Assembly (NCBI RefSeq): GCF_009914755.1
Contig: NC_060925.1
Direction: 5' to 3' (one strand)
DNA from: the human T2T-CHM13v2.0 reference genome, Homo sapiens
Length of the DNA: 64,000 nt
This document shows positions 1 to 12,737 of this stretch, piece by piece (position 1 is the stretch's first letter; every line of letters begins with the position of its first letter). A model generated the notes under the pieces. The model did no database searches. It was not told the DNA's origin and saw only the letters and a program-made list of their open reading frames with translations. A program made the position numbers and the translations under genes.

Positions 1-1250
1 GCCAGCTGCTGCTGAAACATCTCTTCAGACAATCCTTGGGGGTTTGGGAAGCGTTCCCCTCGGCCAGGACCGCTGAAAATGCCCTGGCCAGGAGGAAAAT
101 TTCGACCATCTGGGATTTTTGGCACATCATCTGGCCAACTGACTCCAGAAAGACCTGGTCTAGATGCAGGGTTGGGGACATTCGGCCCTTCCATTTCAGA
201 GTTTATCATGCCTGCAAATCCAGGGAGGCGCATCTGGCTCCCTGGCATGTTGGGGTGGGGAGCCATGCCCCTCGGGGGCAGAGAATGTGGCATGTTGATA
301 CCATCAGAAAATGGCTCTGTACCCCCAGGTGCCCAGCCTTCACTAGGGGTCATCTGGTATGGAGGGGGGGGTCCTCGGACCACTCCCCGAGGCCCGTGCT
401 GATGGACCATCATGTCCTGGAGGGAACACTGCTGGACAACCACTTGTTCCTGCTTCCTCCTCTTCTCTTCATAAAACTCCTGCTGCAGTTTCAGCCACGC
501 TATCTGCTCGGGAGTCATATGGTCAAGGTGGTCGGGTCCTATGGTCCCAGACTGGGAGTTCATAGAAGGTGGAACCATTTCATCTGGAGAAAAGGGTACA
601 TCTCTATGTCCTTGAGGGCCAAATGGAGCTCCCACGTCTGTCCGGGGCCCAGGTCCCTTACCTAGGCTTTGGGATTGGGCCATCATGGCCTGTATTGGCC
701 CTTCTGGTTTTTTCTGAGGCCCATCTAATACCCCAGGATTCTGCTGCGGTCCCCCACTTTGTGCTCCTGTGAATTCTTTCTCATCAGGAAAAAGCATGCG
801 CTGGATATCTCTGAGAGTTTGTAAGGAGCGCTCCCGGTGCTCCAGCTGCTCCTGAGATAGGCCATCGGGATTCTCTCCCAGTGTGGGGGGCTCGCCACTG
901 GACACTGGTGGAGGCGGAGGGGCTTTGGGATCTGCTGAAGAGCTATTGCTCCCCTGGGAGACAGGGGTCACTGCCCTATTGTTGGGAGTTGAGTTGGGCC
1001 CAGTACCATCTGGGGGCAGTGGAGTGGAGCTGGCAGGACTTCCTACAGAAGGAATCAGTTTGTTTTCTACCCCAGGACTCTCCCGGTCCAGGGGACGTGG
1101 GGGTGCGGCAGGCTTGGGTGCTGGTGCCGGAATGGGTGGAGTTGGCTGCAGTCTGGTATTCTGGGAAGAATTCTGGTCCTGGTTGGCCGGAGCTGGGGGC
1201 TGTTGTGGGAGAGGTTTCGGATCATTCCGAAGGGCAGATATCTGTGTGTT
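1..1250 (-). CDS. BCL9: BCL9 large internal coding exon (partial, runs off the window start); encodes N221 to ~A637 including HD2 and HD3
   Basis: Acceptor ttgtcttcag|AAC at 1251/1250. The frame reads NTQISALRNDPKPLPQQ...LSQEQLEHRERSLQTLRDIQRMLF...DHMTPEQIAWLKLQQEFYEEKRR...EEMFQQQLA, recognised as BCL9. It is missing from the ORF track, presumably because no stop lies inside the window. Confidence 0.98.
456..524 (-). other. BCL9: BCL9 HD3 core
   Basis: Translates as DHMTPEQIAWLKLQQEFYEEKRR, a conserved BCL9/BCL9L/Legless homology block. Confidence 0.85.
789..860 (-). other. BCL9: BCL9 HD2 helix (L351-F374), beta-catenin-binding
   Basis: Translates as LSQEQLEHRERSLQTLRDIQRMLF. The function is established knowledge of BCL9/Legless. 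Confidence 0.95.
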
Positions 1251-3253
1251 CTGAAGACAAACAAATAGTTTAAAAATCATTAGTAAACTGAACAGAAGGG
1301 CAATTAAAAGAGCAAGATATGTTATAAAGGAATTGTCCCCAGGCACATAAATCTAACTGACACTGGCTGTAGAAATTGCTCACGTACAACCCTCTTTTGG
1401 GCATGGAGACATTTTGATTTTTTTTTTTTTTAAACTTACTGTCAAATGGTATCCTCTTTCCCTTGCTGAAGATTAGGTTTCAATAACTTTAAAAGTATGC
1501 CAGGGGAGAGCCACTCTGCCAAAGTGAATACATTTCAGTATCTATTTTGAGGAACAGGTTTGATATCACATGTCTACTATGTGTTTCTGATTCAGAGAGA
1601 GATTAGTTTCTTGGTATGTGGGAGGCTGTACCTAACACCTTTTTCTTTTCCCTGAAAGTATAACTGGGTATGTAGACTTCTCATTGTCAATCAAAAGGCC
1701 TGATGTTGCCATCTTGAGAGAGAAAGCGTAAGTCACTTGCAGCTCTGTATTCTACCAGCCGAGGAAGCAGCTGCTCCATTTCAACGTCTCCTCTGGCAGG
1801 GTGACTACTGAGGCACTCCCCTCCTGGAGTTTCCAGGAGGCCTGACATCTCTGGTTTCCGTTTTTGGTTGGTGATCACTGATTCCACATTTGATAAGAAT
1901 TTGTACATTAACTGTAGTGAGATAATCTGCAGGCAGGAAGCTTCTGTGGAGAAATCTGAGGCTATCTAGCTCATGGTGTCTCTTGAACTGTTCTTTCCAA
2001 TAGGCAGTAGACTGCCCTTTTTTAATATGCTGGATGATTGCCTTATTATTGTTTATTAAGTACCACTGCTATACTAAGTCCAGGGTAGAAGCACACTCAC
2101 CTACAATAGGTGACATGGACACCTTGAATGTTTGGAAGAGAGATGTGTATGTTCTGGGTCTAAACCAAGAGCACTGCTGAAATATAAGAGGGCACTGATG
2201 AACAGAAGGACTTGATCTACAAACCCTGTCTCAGAGACCTTTCACCAAAGGCCTTTCTCCAGACCCTTTTTTCCGTGTTCATTTGCTCCTACTTGTTCGC
2301 TTAATCCAGTCTGTATTTCCAAACCCTTCAGGCTCTTACCTCCTCACCTACTCTCTGGAATGTTTACCTGTGTGCAAATATGTAAACAAATAATTACGTG
2401 TATCTCTGCATATGAACAATTTGTGTTGTATACACATGAAAACATATCTTTGAGCACTTATATTCTGTGAATATATATATAAATGTTGGATTTTGAGGTA
2501 TCCATGCACTTCTGCCTATAGGTATCGAGTTGTGTGGGTAAGATCAGCTGAATCTTGTATGATTCTGTACAGTTAAAAGTATATTTCATATCCACACTCC
2601 TAACTGGAGTGTAGAGGTCACCTTGATTTTCCTTCTAGTGCCATTTTAAGTTTGGTTTTGTTGGTCAGGTTTTGTTTGTTGTGGGTGGATACTGATTTCA
2701 TATAACGAAACCATGACGTCAGAAAACATTTAGATGTGGAACAATGGATTATTCCCAATTCCTTCCTTAACTCCTTTCCTGATTTTAGTACCAGAGAAGG
2801 TGTAGGTGTAGGTATTAAGGTGTAGGTATTAAGAACTGCCATTAAGTCAATAAAAGGTTGGTTTCAGTTACACTGTACTATATTCATTCCAGGACAATAA
2901 GCATTTTAAATATAACTGTATGCATCTTCTACCCTTGAGTAGTCAAGATGCATGGGGAATGTGAAATTCCTTTTCTAAGTTTAGGAAGGCCTAAGCTCTG
3001 CTTATGTCTACAAAGATGGAGACTTTTCTGATACACAAAATAGGAAAGATGTCACCTATTTTATCTTGAATTGTCACTTTGATCATTTATTGTCAATTAA
3101 CTTTTCCCATGTTTAAGACTCATCCCAGTATTAGATTTCATGCTCCCTGAAAGCAGGGACTGTGTCTTGAACTTCTTAGTATCCCCCATAGCATTTGGTG
3201 CAATGGCTTGACGATGCCAGATACAAGAAGTATCTTTTGGTTCAATTTGGTAA

Positions 3254-3581
<328 letters not shown>

Positions 3582-4164
3582 ACTGTATGCTTTTTCTAAT
3601 GGAGTTTATAGCAGGTGCTTAAGATCCAGATAGAAAACAGACTAACATTTATTACAATTTTACAAATATCAAGCAATTAAAAACATTCAATGGTCTTATC
3701 ACTTTGAAATAAATATGAATCACTCTGAAAGTCGATGAGGCTCTGATTATGATACTGTCATCATGTACTCTAGAAGTTTTAATTGTTGCTTTTTTTCTGT
3801 TCTTTCTTTGTTATTCAACTAGCTCAAGAGTGTTATTTTTTAAAAACCTGCTCTGTACACAGGGTCTGAATTTAGATTTTCCCAGAGACGATTACATGAA
3901 GGAAACCCAAAGATATCTGTATAGCTCCTCTTTTAGTTTGCATCTTCTTCCCCCTAGTAATTCATCAATCTACCAGCTTTCTCGTAGAAAAGGCTAGTAT
4001 AGTATGATATGCCTAATGCCCCACAATGCCAGAATTAGGTTAAATGCCAAGAATGCAACTCATGCCATCAAGACTACCTTCCTATCAATTAAATTCACCA
4101 CCTCCTTTCCTTTGCAGTCACTGTAGAATCATTAAACCATTACTCAGTTTCTGAAACAACATAC

Positions 4165-4264
4165 CAGAGGCGCTGTGCTTCTCTCTGTCTTGTTGTTAGA
4201 AATGTTCTGGATGTGGAAAGAGACGATAGTTTCAACCTGGCCCTTCAAAACAGCTTCTGCAGCT
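4165..4264 (-). CDS. BCL9: BCL9 coding exon (100 nt), C-terminal part of HD1
   Basis: ttgcag|A GCT GCA GAA ... CCT CTG|gtatgt. Encodes (K)AAEAVLKGQVETIVSFHIQNISNNKTERSTAPL; phase 2 in, phase 0 out. Confidence 0.97.
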
Positions 4265-4926
4265 CTGCAAAGATGGAAGAGACAGCACACACTAGAACTT
4301 GTTTCTATTTCACTAACTGTAATTCCAAAGCACTTTAACCACACAATAAACTTGTAAGGGAGAGGAAGGAATAGAAAGAACCACCAGAAATGTTGAAGAA
4401 GAAATCAAGACAAACATGTTTCATTATTTATATTTACCACTTATCATCAAACTTCTAAAATTAAAAGACAGCCATTAGCAAATCCCAAAAGAGGCATTAA
4501 AAGACAAAAACCAAGATTTTCTCCTGAAACCAATCCGCTGTGGTAGGTGTTTTATAGAGAATCCGAGTTCAAAATCCCAACCCAAGAAGGGGGAAGATGA
4601 GATCGTACAATACCTAGTGATAGTTTAAGGCTGTTAAGATTCACTTTTTATCTTAAGTGGAAAAAAAGTCAGAAAACCATATATGTAGGGTATAATCACA
4701 ATTCTGATAAATAAAAATTGATGCATCCATCCACTAAAAATTTATATATAAAAATGTTTACAGTAGTTATCTCTGTGAATTCCAGAGATATTAATTTTTA
4801 GTTATACTTTCTAATTATTCTAGAATGGACATTTGTTACTTGTGTTGTTTAGAAAATAATAATAGGTAGGTTGCAGAAAAGTGTGTATTGTGCAATCAAT
4901 TTCTTCTGTTTAAAAGAGGTATATAT

Positions 4927-5230
4927 GGCCAGGCGCGGTGGCTCATGCCTGTAATCCCATCATTTTGGGAGGCTGAGGCAGGCAGATCACCTGAGGCCAG
5001 GAGTTCAAGACCAGCCTCGCCAACATGGTGAAACCCCATCTCTACTAAAAAATACAAAAAATTAGCTGGGTGTAGTGACGGGTTCCTGTAATCCCAGCTA
5101 ATCAAGAGGCTGAGGCAGATGAATTGCTTGATCCCAGGAGGTGGAGGTTGCAGTGGGCCGAGATCTGCCACTGCACTCCAGCCTAGGCGACAGAGACAGA
5201 CACCATCTCAAAAAAAAAAAAAAGAAAAAG
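4927..5230 (+). mobile_element. Alu (AluS-like)
   Basis: GGCCAGGCGCGGTGGCTCA...A-tail; TSD AAAAGAG(G/A)TATATAT on both sides. Confidence 0.95.
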
Positions 5231-5451
5231 AGATATATATGTATATTTGTACAAGCACGAAAAATTTCTGAAAGGGAAGCAAAGGATGTATTATCAGTGG
5301 TTGCCTCTGGGGGAGTTTGGGTTGGGGAGGTTTTATGTTTTATCTGTACTGTTAACTTTAGGGGATAATAAAAGATCAATCTGCAATGGGAATAAGAATT
5401 TAGGTCCCCAGACAAGCCCTGCCCAACAGCAAGACACAGCCATCAACTTAC

Positions 5452-5641
5452 TTATTGGCCATCTCAGTAGAAAACACGTACACCACTTTGGCTGGAGTCT
5501 TCTGAGCAGGTGTGGGCTCTGTGGCAGTAGTTTGGCCATGGGAGGGGGTAGAAGACCTGGGGGCTGTAGCATTTGATGGGGTCATCGAGTGTGGTGTGTG
5601 CTGGGAATCCTGGGACTTTATGTGGTCAGCAGAATTACATT
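5452..5641 (-). CDS. BCL9: BCL9 coding exon (190 nt), N-terminal part of HD1
   Basis: ttttag|AA TGT AAT ... GCC AAT AA|gtaagt. Encodes (E)CNSADHIKSQ...KTPAKVVYVFSTEMAN(K). Confidence 0.97.
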
Positions 5642-6868
5642 CTAAAAGAATAAAATGACTCGTCACAGAAAGAATAAAATTTCCTTTCTTCTGCCAGCAT
5701 ATATAGCATCACAACACAAACCCACCTTGAGAATTTCAAGGAAGTACCACCTTGCTAAGAGGAAACCTCTTCTACTTATAAAATTTCAAATACTCTTCTC
5801 TCTCAAATGACTAACCATAAAGCAGTCTTCCCCAGCTTCCTTACCTCTCTATTACACCTCCTTCATATATTAGTGTAAATGTCCCTTCTTCTGGTAACCT
5901 TTTTGAAACCTCCTAGACTTAACTGGGGATGGATCTCACAGCCCTCTAACTTCTCTTATTTCAGCATTTATCATATTTTACTGTAACTGTCTAATAATCA
6001 GCTTTCTAGGTGCATTCAAATCTTTGAGGACAACAGCTGTATCTATCTTGCTGACCATGGCCCCCCAGCATAGTGCTGGCACTCATAGCAGGCCTGCCAA
6101 AACACTTGAGGGAGGAGGGGAGGAAGGAGGGGAGAAACAATCACCCAAGTTTCCATTTCTAATTTGGGTTGGAAAATCATACTTCCATTCCTTGAATACT
6201 AACTTCATGTTCTGGCCTACAGTTAAGACTTTTGGTCTTATACTAGGAGGAAAAAGCCTAAAACCACAGCTGTTGGTCCCATACCCTTCTTGGCTCACTC
6301 CATTTTGGTGCCTGCCAAATCTCTACACATCTGGTAGCCACTCATTCCTGCTACACTAAAATCAGCTGTAACAAATCTGGACTACTGCCAGGGCCATTAA
6401 GGCTTCCTCTTGTGTCTGAAGTCTGGCAAAATGGCAACTAGAGAACACAAGACCCAAGCCTTGGAGGATTGCTCTGATGGAGAAGAGAAGGGGATACCAG
6501 AAAAACTACCCCAGTGGGGGCCACTGGCACAGACAAACTAGAGCTACTGGCTTGAAACTAAAGTACAAACAGCATAGAGGCCAGAAACGTGTACGAACAG
6601 GGATAGGCCTGTGAAACATCCTACCATAACCCCTAAACCGTTGCATCCTTAAGGGCAAGAACTCCTCAACTAGGAGGTTCCAAACAATTCTTCAGTTAGT
6701 AACAAAATGAGAAGAAATAGTTCCATCATAAACTGTGAGAACTCATGAATCTGATACCTACTCTCCCCACTTGTCTGATATTAGGCTCTCTGGCCTCTGT
6801 TGAATGTCAGAGGCCTTCCCTCAGGAACACCTACTTCCCTCTGAGTCTCAAAGATCTTATAGACATAC

Positions 6869-7185
6869 CTTTAATGTCAGAGTCATCGTTTGGAGTCCCA
6901 GGATCTCTCTGATCAAAGGAGTCGGCGGAAATACTTCGCTCCCTTTTCCCCTTGCCCTTGGCACCATTTCCAGCCCCATTCTTCAGCCCCATGCTCCCAC
7001 CTGGGCCAGGGAGTGCTTTAGGGGTATGGCCCCCACTCTTGGAGTCACAGGGGGATGGCTGGGATTGGCTGGCTGAGCCCCCCTGTTTACCCTGATTGGA
7101 GAATTTGGAATCCAGCTGGGGGTTTCCAGATGGGGACATCACTGTAGGGGGACGGACCATCACCTCCTGCTTTGACTTAGGGCTA
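6869..7185 (-). CDS. BCL9: BCL9 coding exon (317 nt)
   Basis: cttttag|T AGC CCT AAG ... ATT AAA G|gtatgt. Encodes (S)SPKSKQEVMVRPPTV...DDSDIK; phases match the neighbouring exons. Confidence 0.97.
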
Positions 7186-8178
7186 CTAAAAGAAACAAAT
7201 AACAAAGGAAGATCAGACACCAGATACAGCTGGTCAGCACAAATTAGAGAGAGGCAGTTTCTATTGGGGGTCAAGGAGACCCTTAGGACTAAAATAACCA
7301 CCCCATGATTCACCTCAGCCATTTGCTTGCTCCCGCCACCCCTGATCCCATCTCAGAGCTATCAACAGAGAGGAGGATCAAGCAGAGTGGCCTGCCAGGT
7401 TTCAGGAACCCTACAGTCACATGGGGACCCATCTCCAGGGCTTCTGTCAATAAAGGACAACGGTTTCTATGTACATAGAGAGGTGACTCTTACACTAAGA
7501 CTAGCTCAGAGTAAACAAACAGGCATCGTTAAGATCAAAATACTACCCACCCCCAGGCTGATGACAAGGAACAGCTGTAGGAGAGCCTCACTTCCCTGCT
7601 GGAAAATGCAAGCTGGTCCCAAAGAGCACGGGAGCTGGTGACTGTCAGGTTAGGGAAATCCTCCAGGATACTAATCCCTCCCAACAAGCAGTATTACACC
7701 AAAGCAGATAAACCAACCACTGCCCTCAGGGAGTGAGGACAAAATTCTTTTAAAGTAACAATTTAACTACTGTGAAACCGAGGAAAAAGTGTCACAGTGG
7801 GAGTCCGGGGAATAACGTTTTAGTTCTACGACATTAGGCTTCCTCACCATTCCAGGCCTCAGTTTCCTTGTTTGCAAACTTAGGCAAACTGTACTGGTTG
7901 GTCTCTATGGTCCTTTCGTTTGTGCTTTGGCAGGGAGGTGCGGGGAGAGGTCAGGGAATGATGGACAAAAGAATAACAAAGGAAAACTCTAACATAAGCT
8001 TTGATTACACTGTATCCTGCTTACTGTTATATTACTATTTACTAGTCTATTTTCTCTTCCTTTCCCATTTGGGTTTCATTTATTTCTAATTCAACATACT
8101 GTTTCACCAATGAGTGTTCATGGTGTGCCTATGGCATCCCCAAGGGGCTGCAGGAAGAGGCCCCAGCCCAGCCCTTAC

Positions 8179-8231
8179 CTCTGTGTGTTTCCTGATGGAG
8201 AGCTCCTCACTTTAGGGTTACTGGAATGCAT
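8179..8231 (-). CDS. BCL9: BCL9 first coding segment (53 nt)
   Basis: ATG at 8231-8229, reading MHSSNPKVRSSPSGNTQ + AG|gtaagg. Joins in frame to the exon starting at 7185. Confidence 0.96.
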
Positions 8232-8490
8232 TGATTGAAATCCTGAGCTTGCAGTCACAAACGGGACAGGCTCACCGAGTTCCTCTCGGGTTGCAGCAGA
8301 AACAGCTGCTGGGGGCAGTGGCACTGGCCCACTGCTTGCTGGGTGCGTCCCTTAGCGCTCGCTGCCTGTATGCCTTTTTCCTCTTTGTTTTTCTCTGCTG
8401 TGGAAGTGGGTCCTTTCCCCTTGCAGCTCCAGCATTCTCTGGGTGCGTGCCTCCTGCTGCCAGAGGAAAATCTCGCATCTCCAGGGCATA
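8232..8490 (-). other. BCL9: BCL9 5'UTR portion of the start-codon exon
   Basis: Acceptor ccttttcctgtag|TATGCC at 8491/8490, 259 nt upstream of the ATG. Confidence 0.85.
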
Positions 8491-10999
8491 CTACAGGAAA
8501 AGGCCACCCAAAAAAAGTTGGGAGCAAAAACAGAGACATAAAACACCCTCACAACAGGATCAAGGTGAAAGCACTAGCCAACTCAGCGAAGCAGCTAGAC
8601 CATGCCTCCACTTCCATCAGGGTGAAAGGGTGATGCTCCCATTGTGGACAAAGGCTCAGGGGCCACACCAGCTGGAGGGTGACTAGGACTTCCTGCCAAG
8701 CATGCAAGCCTCCCCCGCAAGCAGCATGGACCAGGCAAGGGTGAGCAGGTGAGAAAGGCAGTTTTCTCTTTAGCTATGTATTCTCCCTTACATTTCTGTA
8801 GTTTTGAATACAAAACCCTCAAAAACTTGTGTCTTTCTTTTTTCAAAACAATGCTTTGAAACCCCTAGGTACCGCAGATCCATAGTGACTATCTGGTGTT
8901 TCAGTTCTGATGGCAAACAACAGCACTGAAATGAAACAACCCCCCCAATTTCAAACCATGATGCAAATTAATCTATGTTTACACTCTCAGGGCCTTGGGG
9001 GCGGGGGGACTTTAAAGGAGGTACTTCTGAAATCAAATATTGAACCAACATCAAATACAATCAGTTCTGCCCCCTGATTTCCATGATCTTTCTATTAAAT
9101 TATGCCAAGTATGTGTCTAGTGTTCTCACTGCTTAATGACAGGGACTGCAGGCATGGGTAAGCATGGGAATGATCCATAATTCTGAAAGTAAAAGAACAT
9201 CTTTGAAGGCTAAGATATTTTTTGAGCCAATTTGCAAGGCTAATTTGAAGCATAAAGGTCAAGAAAATATTCCCAAACCTAGCTAGAGAACAAATGAGAA
9301 AGTCCTTTATTCAGGGAAGCCTAGACAAATTCAGGTAAAACCAAGACATACTTTAAGTCTCTGCTCCCTCCCAGGGTAATTCCATTATGGTTTTCTTGTA
9401 ACCACTATCCCATTATCAACCCCCTTCCAGCTTCTAGTATCTTACTGACAAAGTATAGGAATGAAGGAGGAGAATATTAGGTGCAGGACTAGTGACTACA
9501 GAACCAAAGGGAGTTAGAAACAGCTCAGGTGTTGCAGCTTACATGTACTTTGAGAGAATGGAGACTGGGCTAAAATTGGGAGGATCAATTATATCCTAGG
9601 TTGTAGCACTATGATCACTGTCACATGTTAAAGGTCTATTTCTTCATTTAGAAATCTGCAATAGTCTCAGCTATTTTACCTGGGACAGTGAAAGAAATTT
9701 ATGGAAGTTCTGAGTACACTCAATTAAATTTTTTCCTTTTTAAATAAAAAAGTCAGGAAAAAGAACTAGAATAAAAACATTATGAATGTTTCTATGCTGA
9801 CCTCAGGAGACAGCATGTTAAAAAACATTTTGGTCTTGATTATATTTAAGGTTCTATTTTTATCCCCATCAGCTTCCAGCTTTTTTTTTTTTTGGTTTAG
9901 ACTAAGAAATGGATTCTGGTTGTCAAGTTGGACATATATAATCATAAACCATTTTGTAACCTCTCAATGAACATTAGAAATCACTGGGAAAATAGAAGTA
10001 GAAAATGAATCCTGCATGGACAAAGCCATCAGAAAACATTTACCTCAGGAAAAGAAAAGCAGTTACCACCTATATAGTCCCCCTCCACAACTTCTTCTAG
10101 TACTTTCTGTCTGCATCACGTATTCTAGCACTCAATCACATGTCGTACTGAATAATACTAGGTGTATATTTTATCACCCTGTGAAAACTATATTCTTAGA
10201 AGCCAAGAACCTTGTTTTAAAGTTCTTTTGTTTTTCTATAATACTCAGCATGATGTACTAAGCATGTAGTTAGATCCTCTGTGACTTATTCAAGTTCTCC
10301 CATAACAGAAACACCTGGCATTTGTGTTACACACGTCTTCCAAAGAAACTCAAAACATTACAATTATCAAATCACCTCATTAATCTGCCAAGCATTTATG
10401 ATGAGCTGGTAGCAAAGATTATTTCTAATAATAATGCTGTGAACATAAAACACTTTTATTTTCGAAGTACTTCTACATACAGTTTCATTTTCTCACAATT
10501 TGCCTGACTTTGATTGACAGGCATTTTAGAGATGAATGAATGGAGCACATGGGGTGTGAATGGCTTCTTCCAGGTTTCCAATCACTGCTCTCAGACCCTG
10601 GCTCTTTCCTTGAAGCCATCTTCCTTCCCATTACTTTATGGAGGGAGAGACAGCACAGAGGTTGAAATAAGCATGTGGGCTCACCCAGTGACTGGGATCA
10701 AAATCTAAGTTTTTCAATCCCTAGCCCAAGGAAATAAGTTGTCCCTACTTTTAGCCTTTCTGATGATAAAAACGACTGAGCAAAAAATCTGCCAAACATC
10801 TTCTATAGTTCCAAAGAATAAAATTAGGCTCTTCAGGAGGTTAGAGTTCAACTGTTTAACCACCTTTAAGGACTGGAAAGGATCCTCCACAGAATCATTA
10901 TAGCCAGAGAGATTTTTTTCCCCCAACATAACTACATCTCCTAACACCTTAGATCTACTTATACAATGTTTTTCTCTTCTCTTCTTAAATTAGTACTTA

Positions 11000-11225
11000 A
11001 AATTTTTACTATGTGCCATGCATTGTTCTGAGTACTGTACAAACATGTTAACCCAGTCACAACAACCCCAGGAGGCAGGTGCCACCACTATTTCTATTTT
11101 AGAGATGGGAAAACGGGCTCTGCAATGTTAAGTAACTTGACCAAGCTCACACCCTAGTAAGTGGTAGTGGGCATTTAACCAGCACTCTGGCCACTCCGGC
11201 CCCAAAGTCTATGCTCTTCATCACT
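11000..11225 (-). mobile_element. MIR
   Basis: MIR core-like 'ttttagagatgggaaaacgggctc...gttaagtaacttgaccaagctcac'. Confidence 0.7.
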
Positions 11226-11719
11226 GTAGTGCCTGTTAAAGTAGAGCCTTGGTGGGCAAGGTGAGCTAGTTCATATAAAGTGCTCAGCAGTATAATGTAA
11301 GCACTCCAGTGTTAAGTATTACTATGACTACTACACTCTCTAGCAAGCACGCTGGCTTATCATGCCAGAAGCCACTTCAAAATACCTTCTACGTCTCCTA
11401 GGTACCCCGTTTCCTCCCTTCCTTCCCACTCCCAATACCTGGACTTGCCCAGTACTTAATAGGAAGAGATGTTGCCAGGCAGAAAGTTCTTAACTGCTAA
11501 ATACACAAACCAATTTTCATCAATATCTATCTCCTCTTTCTTTTCTATTACTGAAACAAAAAATAGCCCACTTTCTCCCAAAAGTCAATCCAGCCACAGG
11601 TGGACTAAGCCTATCCCTTCCAGCCTTCTGAGAGCTCTCATTTTCCCCTCTGGCCATCCCCTCTGTCTGTTGGATCTTTCCAATCAACATTCAGACAGGC
11701 TGTAGAATCTTTCCGTGCT

Positions 11720-11744
11720 AAAAAAAAAAAAAAAAAAAAAAAAA
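11720..11744 (+). repeat. poly(A) tract (~25 nt)
   Basis: Directly visible homopolymer. Confidence 0.95.
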
Positions 11745-11759
11745 GCAAAACAAAACCCA

Positions 11760-12725
11760 GGTCTAGCATTCTATTACCCCTTAGAGCCAAATTTCTCCAC
11801 AGAGTTGACGAGACACAGGGTTCACTTCCTCACTTGCCATTCGACCTTTAATCATTTTAAACCAACTTCCACCCCCAGATCATAGTGACCACTATTTTTG
11901 TTAAGGTCACCACTGGCCACTTTGCTAATCTCATCTTACTCCATCTCTTAGATTCTGCCAGTTGCTCACTTCATTCTTGTTAACTCTTCTCCTGGTTTCC
12001 ATAACACCTCATTTTCCTAGCTTTCCTCCCACCTCTCCAGGCCTTCTTTATCTGCTTCCTTTGCAGGTCCCTTTTTTACCTGATCTCTCAACTTTAGAGT
12101 TCCTCTGGACTCTACTCTGAGTCATCTTCTCTTCTCATGCTGCAAGTTCTCTCCATGCCAACAACTCCCAAATTTGCAGGTCCATTCCAGCAGATCTGTA
12201 TACACATCTACCTGCTTGACATCTCCCTGGATGTCTCAAACTTAACAGGATCAAACATGAATTCTTCAATTCTGTGTATAGCCTTCCTCCTGAAACCTTT
12301 TTCCTTCAGTTTTCCATATCTTAATAAATGGCTCCTTTATCCACCCAGTTGCTCATGCCAGAAATTTGGAAGTAATTCTTGATACCTCTCTCCCTAAACT
12401 TCAACTTTCCCATATCAAGTTTGAATAGTTCTGTTGAATGAATGAAGTCTTGGCTTAAGTGTTTCTTTTTCAGAGGAGAAGAATCCCTTAATGCCATCAA
12501 TCTACATAAAATTTTCTATTACATTCTTTTTAAAGCATCTAGGGTTTTTCAACATTTTTCATGCTTTGTAATTACATATGCAATTTATGTGATCATCTGT
12601 GTAACATTCATCTCTCCCACTAGACCATAAGCTCCATGAAGGTAGGGACCACAACTGACTTACTCATCTCTGTATACACAGCAATTACTATAGTGCCTAG
12701 CACATAGTATTTGCTTTAAAAAATT
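11760..12725 (+). mobile_element. L2 fragments
   Basis: Pyrimidine-rich L2 3' sequence ending 'agtgcctagcacatagta'. Confidence 0.6.
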
Positions 12726-12737
12726 TTCATTGTTAAT

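Noticed and set aside
36-1273. Plus-strand ORFs of 107-209 aa opposite the large BCL9 exon
   Set aside because: Antisense shadows of a GC- and Pro/Gly-rich coding exon, several with non-ATG starts; no independent gene signals.
2799-2833. GGTGTAGGTATTAA tandem duplication (and a similar 14-nt duplication near 38919-38947)
   Set aside because: Ordinary micro-duplications with no supporting context.
5645-5680. 12-nt repeat AAAGAATAAAAT flanking a TGAC-TC-GTCA mini-palindrome at an acceptor
   Set aside because: Low-complexity polypyrimidine-tract sequence; short enough to arise by chance or slippage.
6831-7322. 163-aa ORF that might suggest an N-terminally extended exon
   Set aside because: It is the 317-nt BCL9 exon plus intronic read-through. 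Strong canonical splice sites at 7185 and 6869 explain the coding part.
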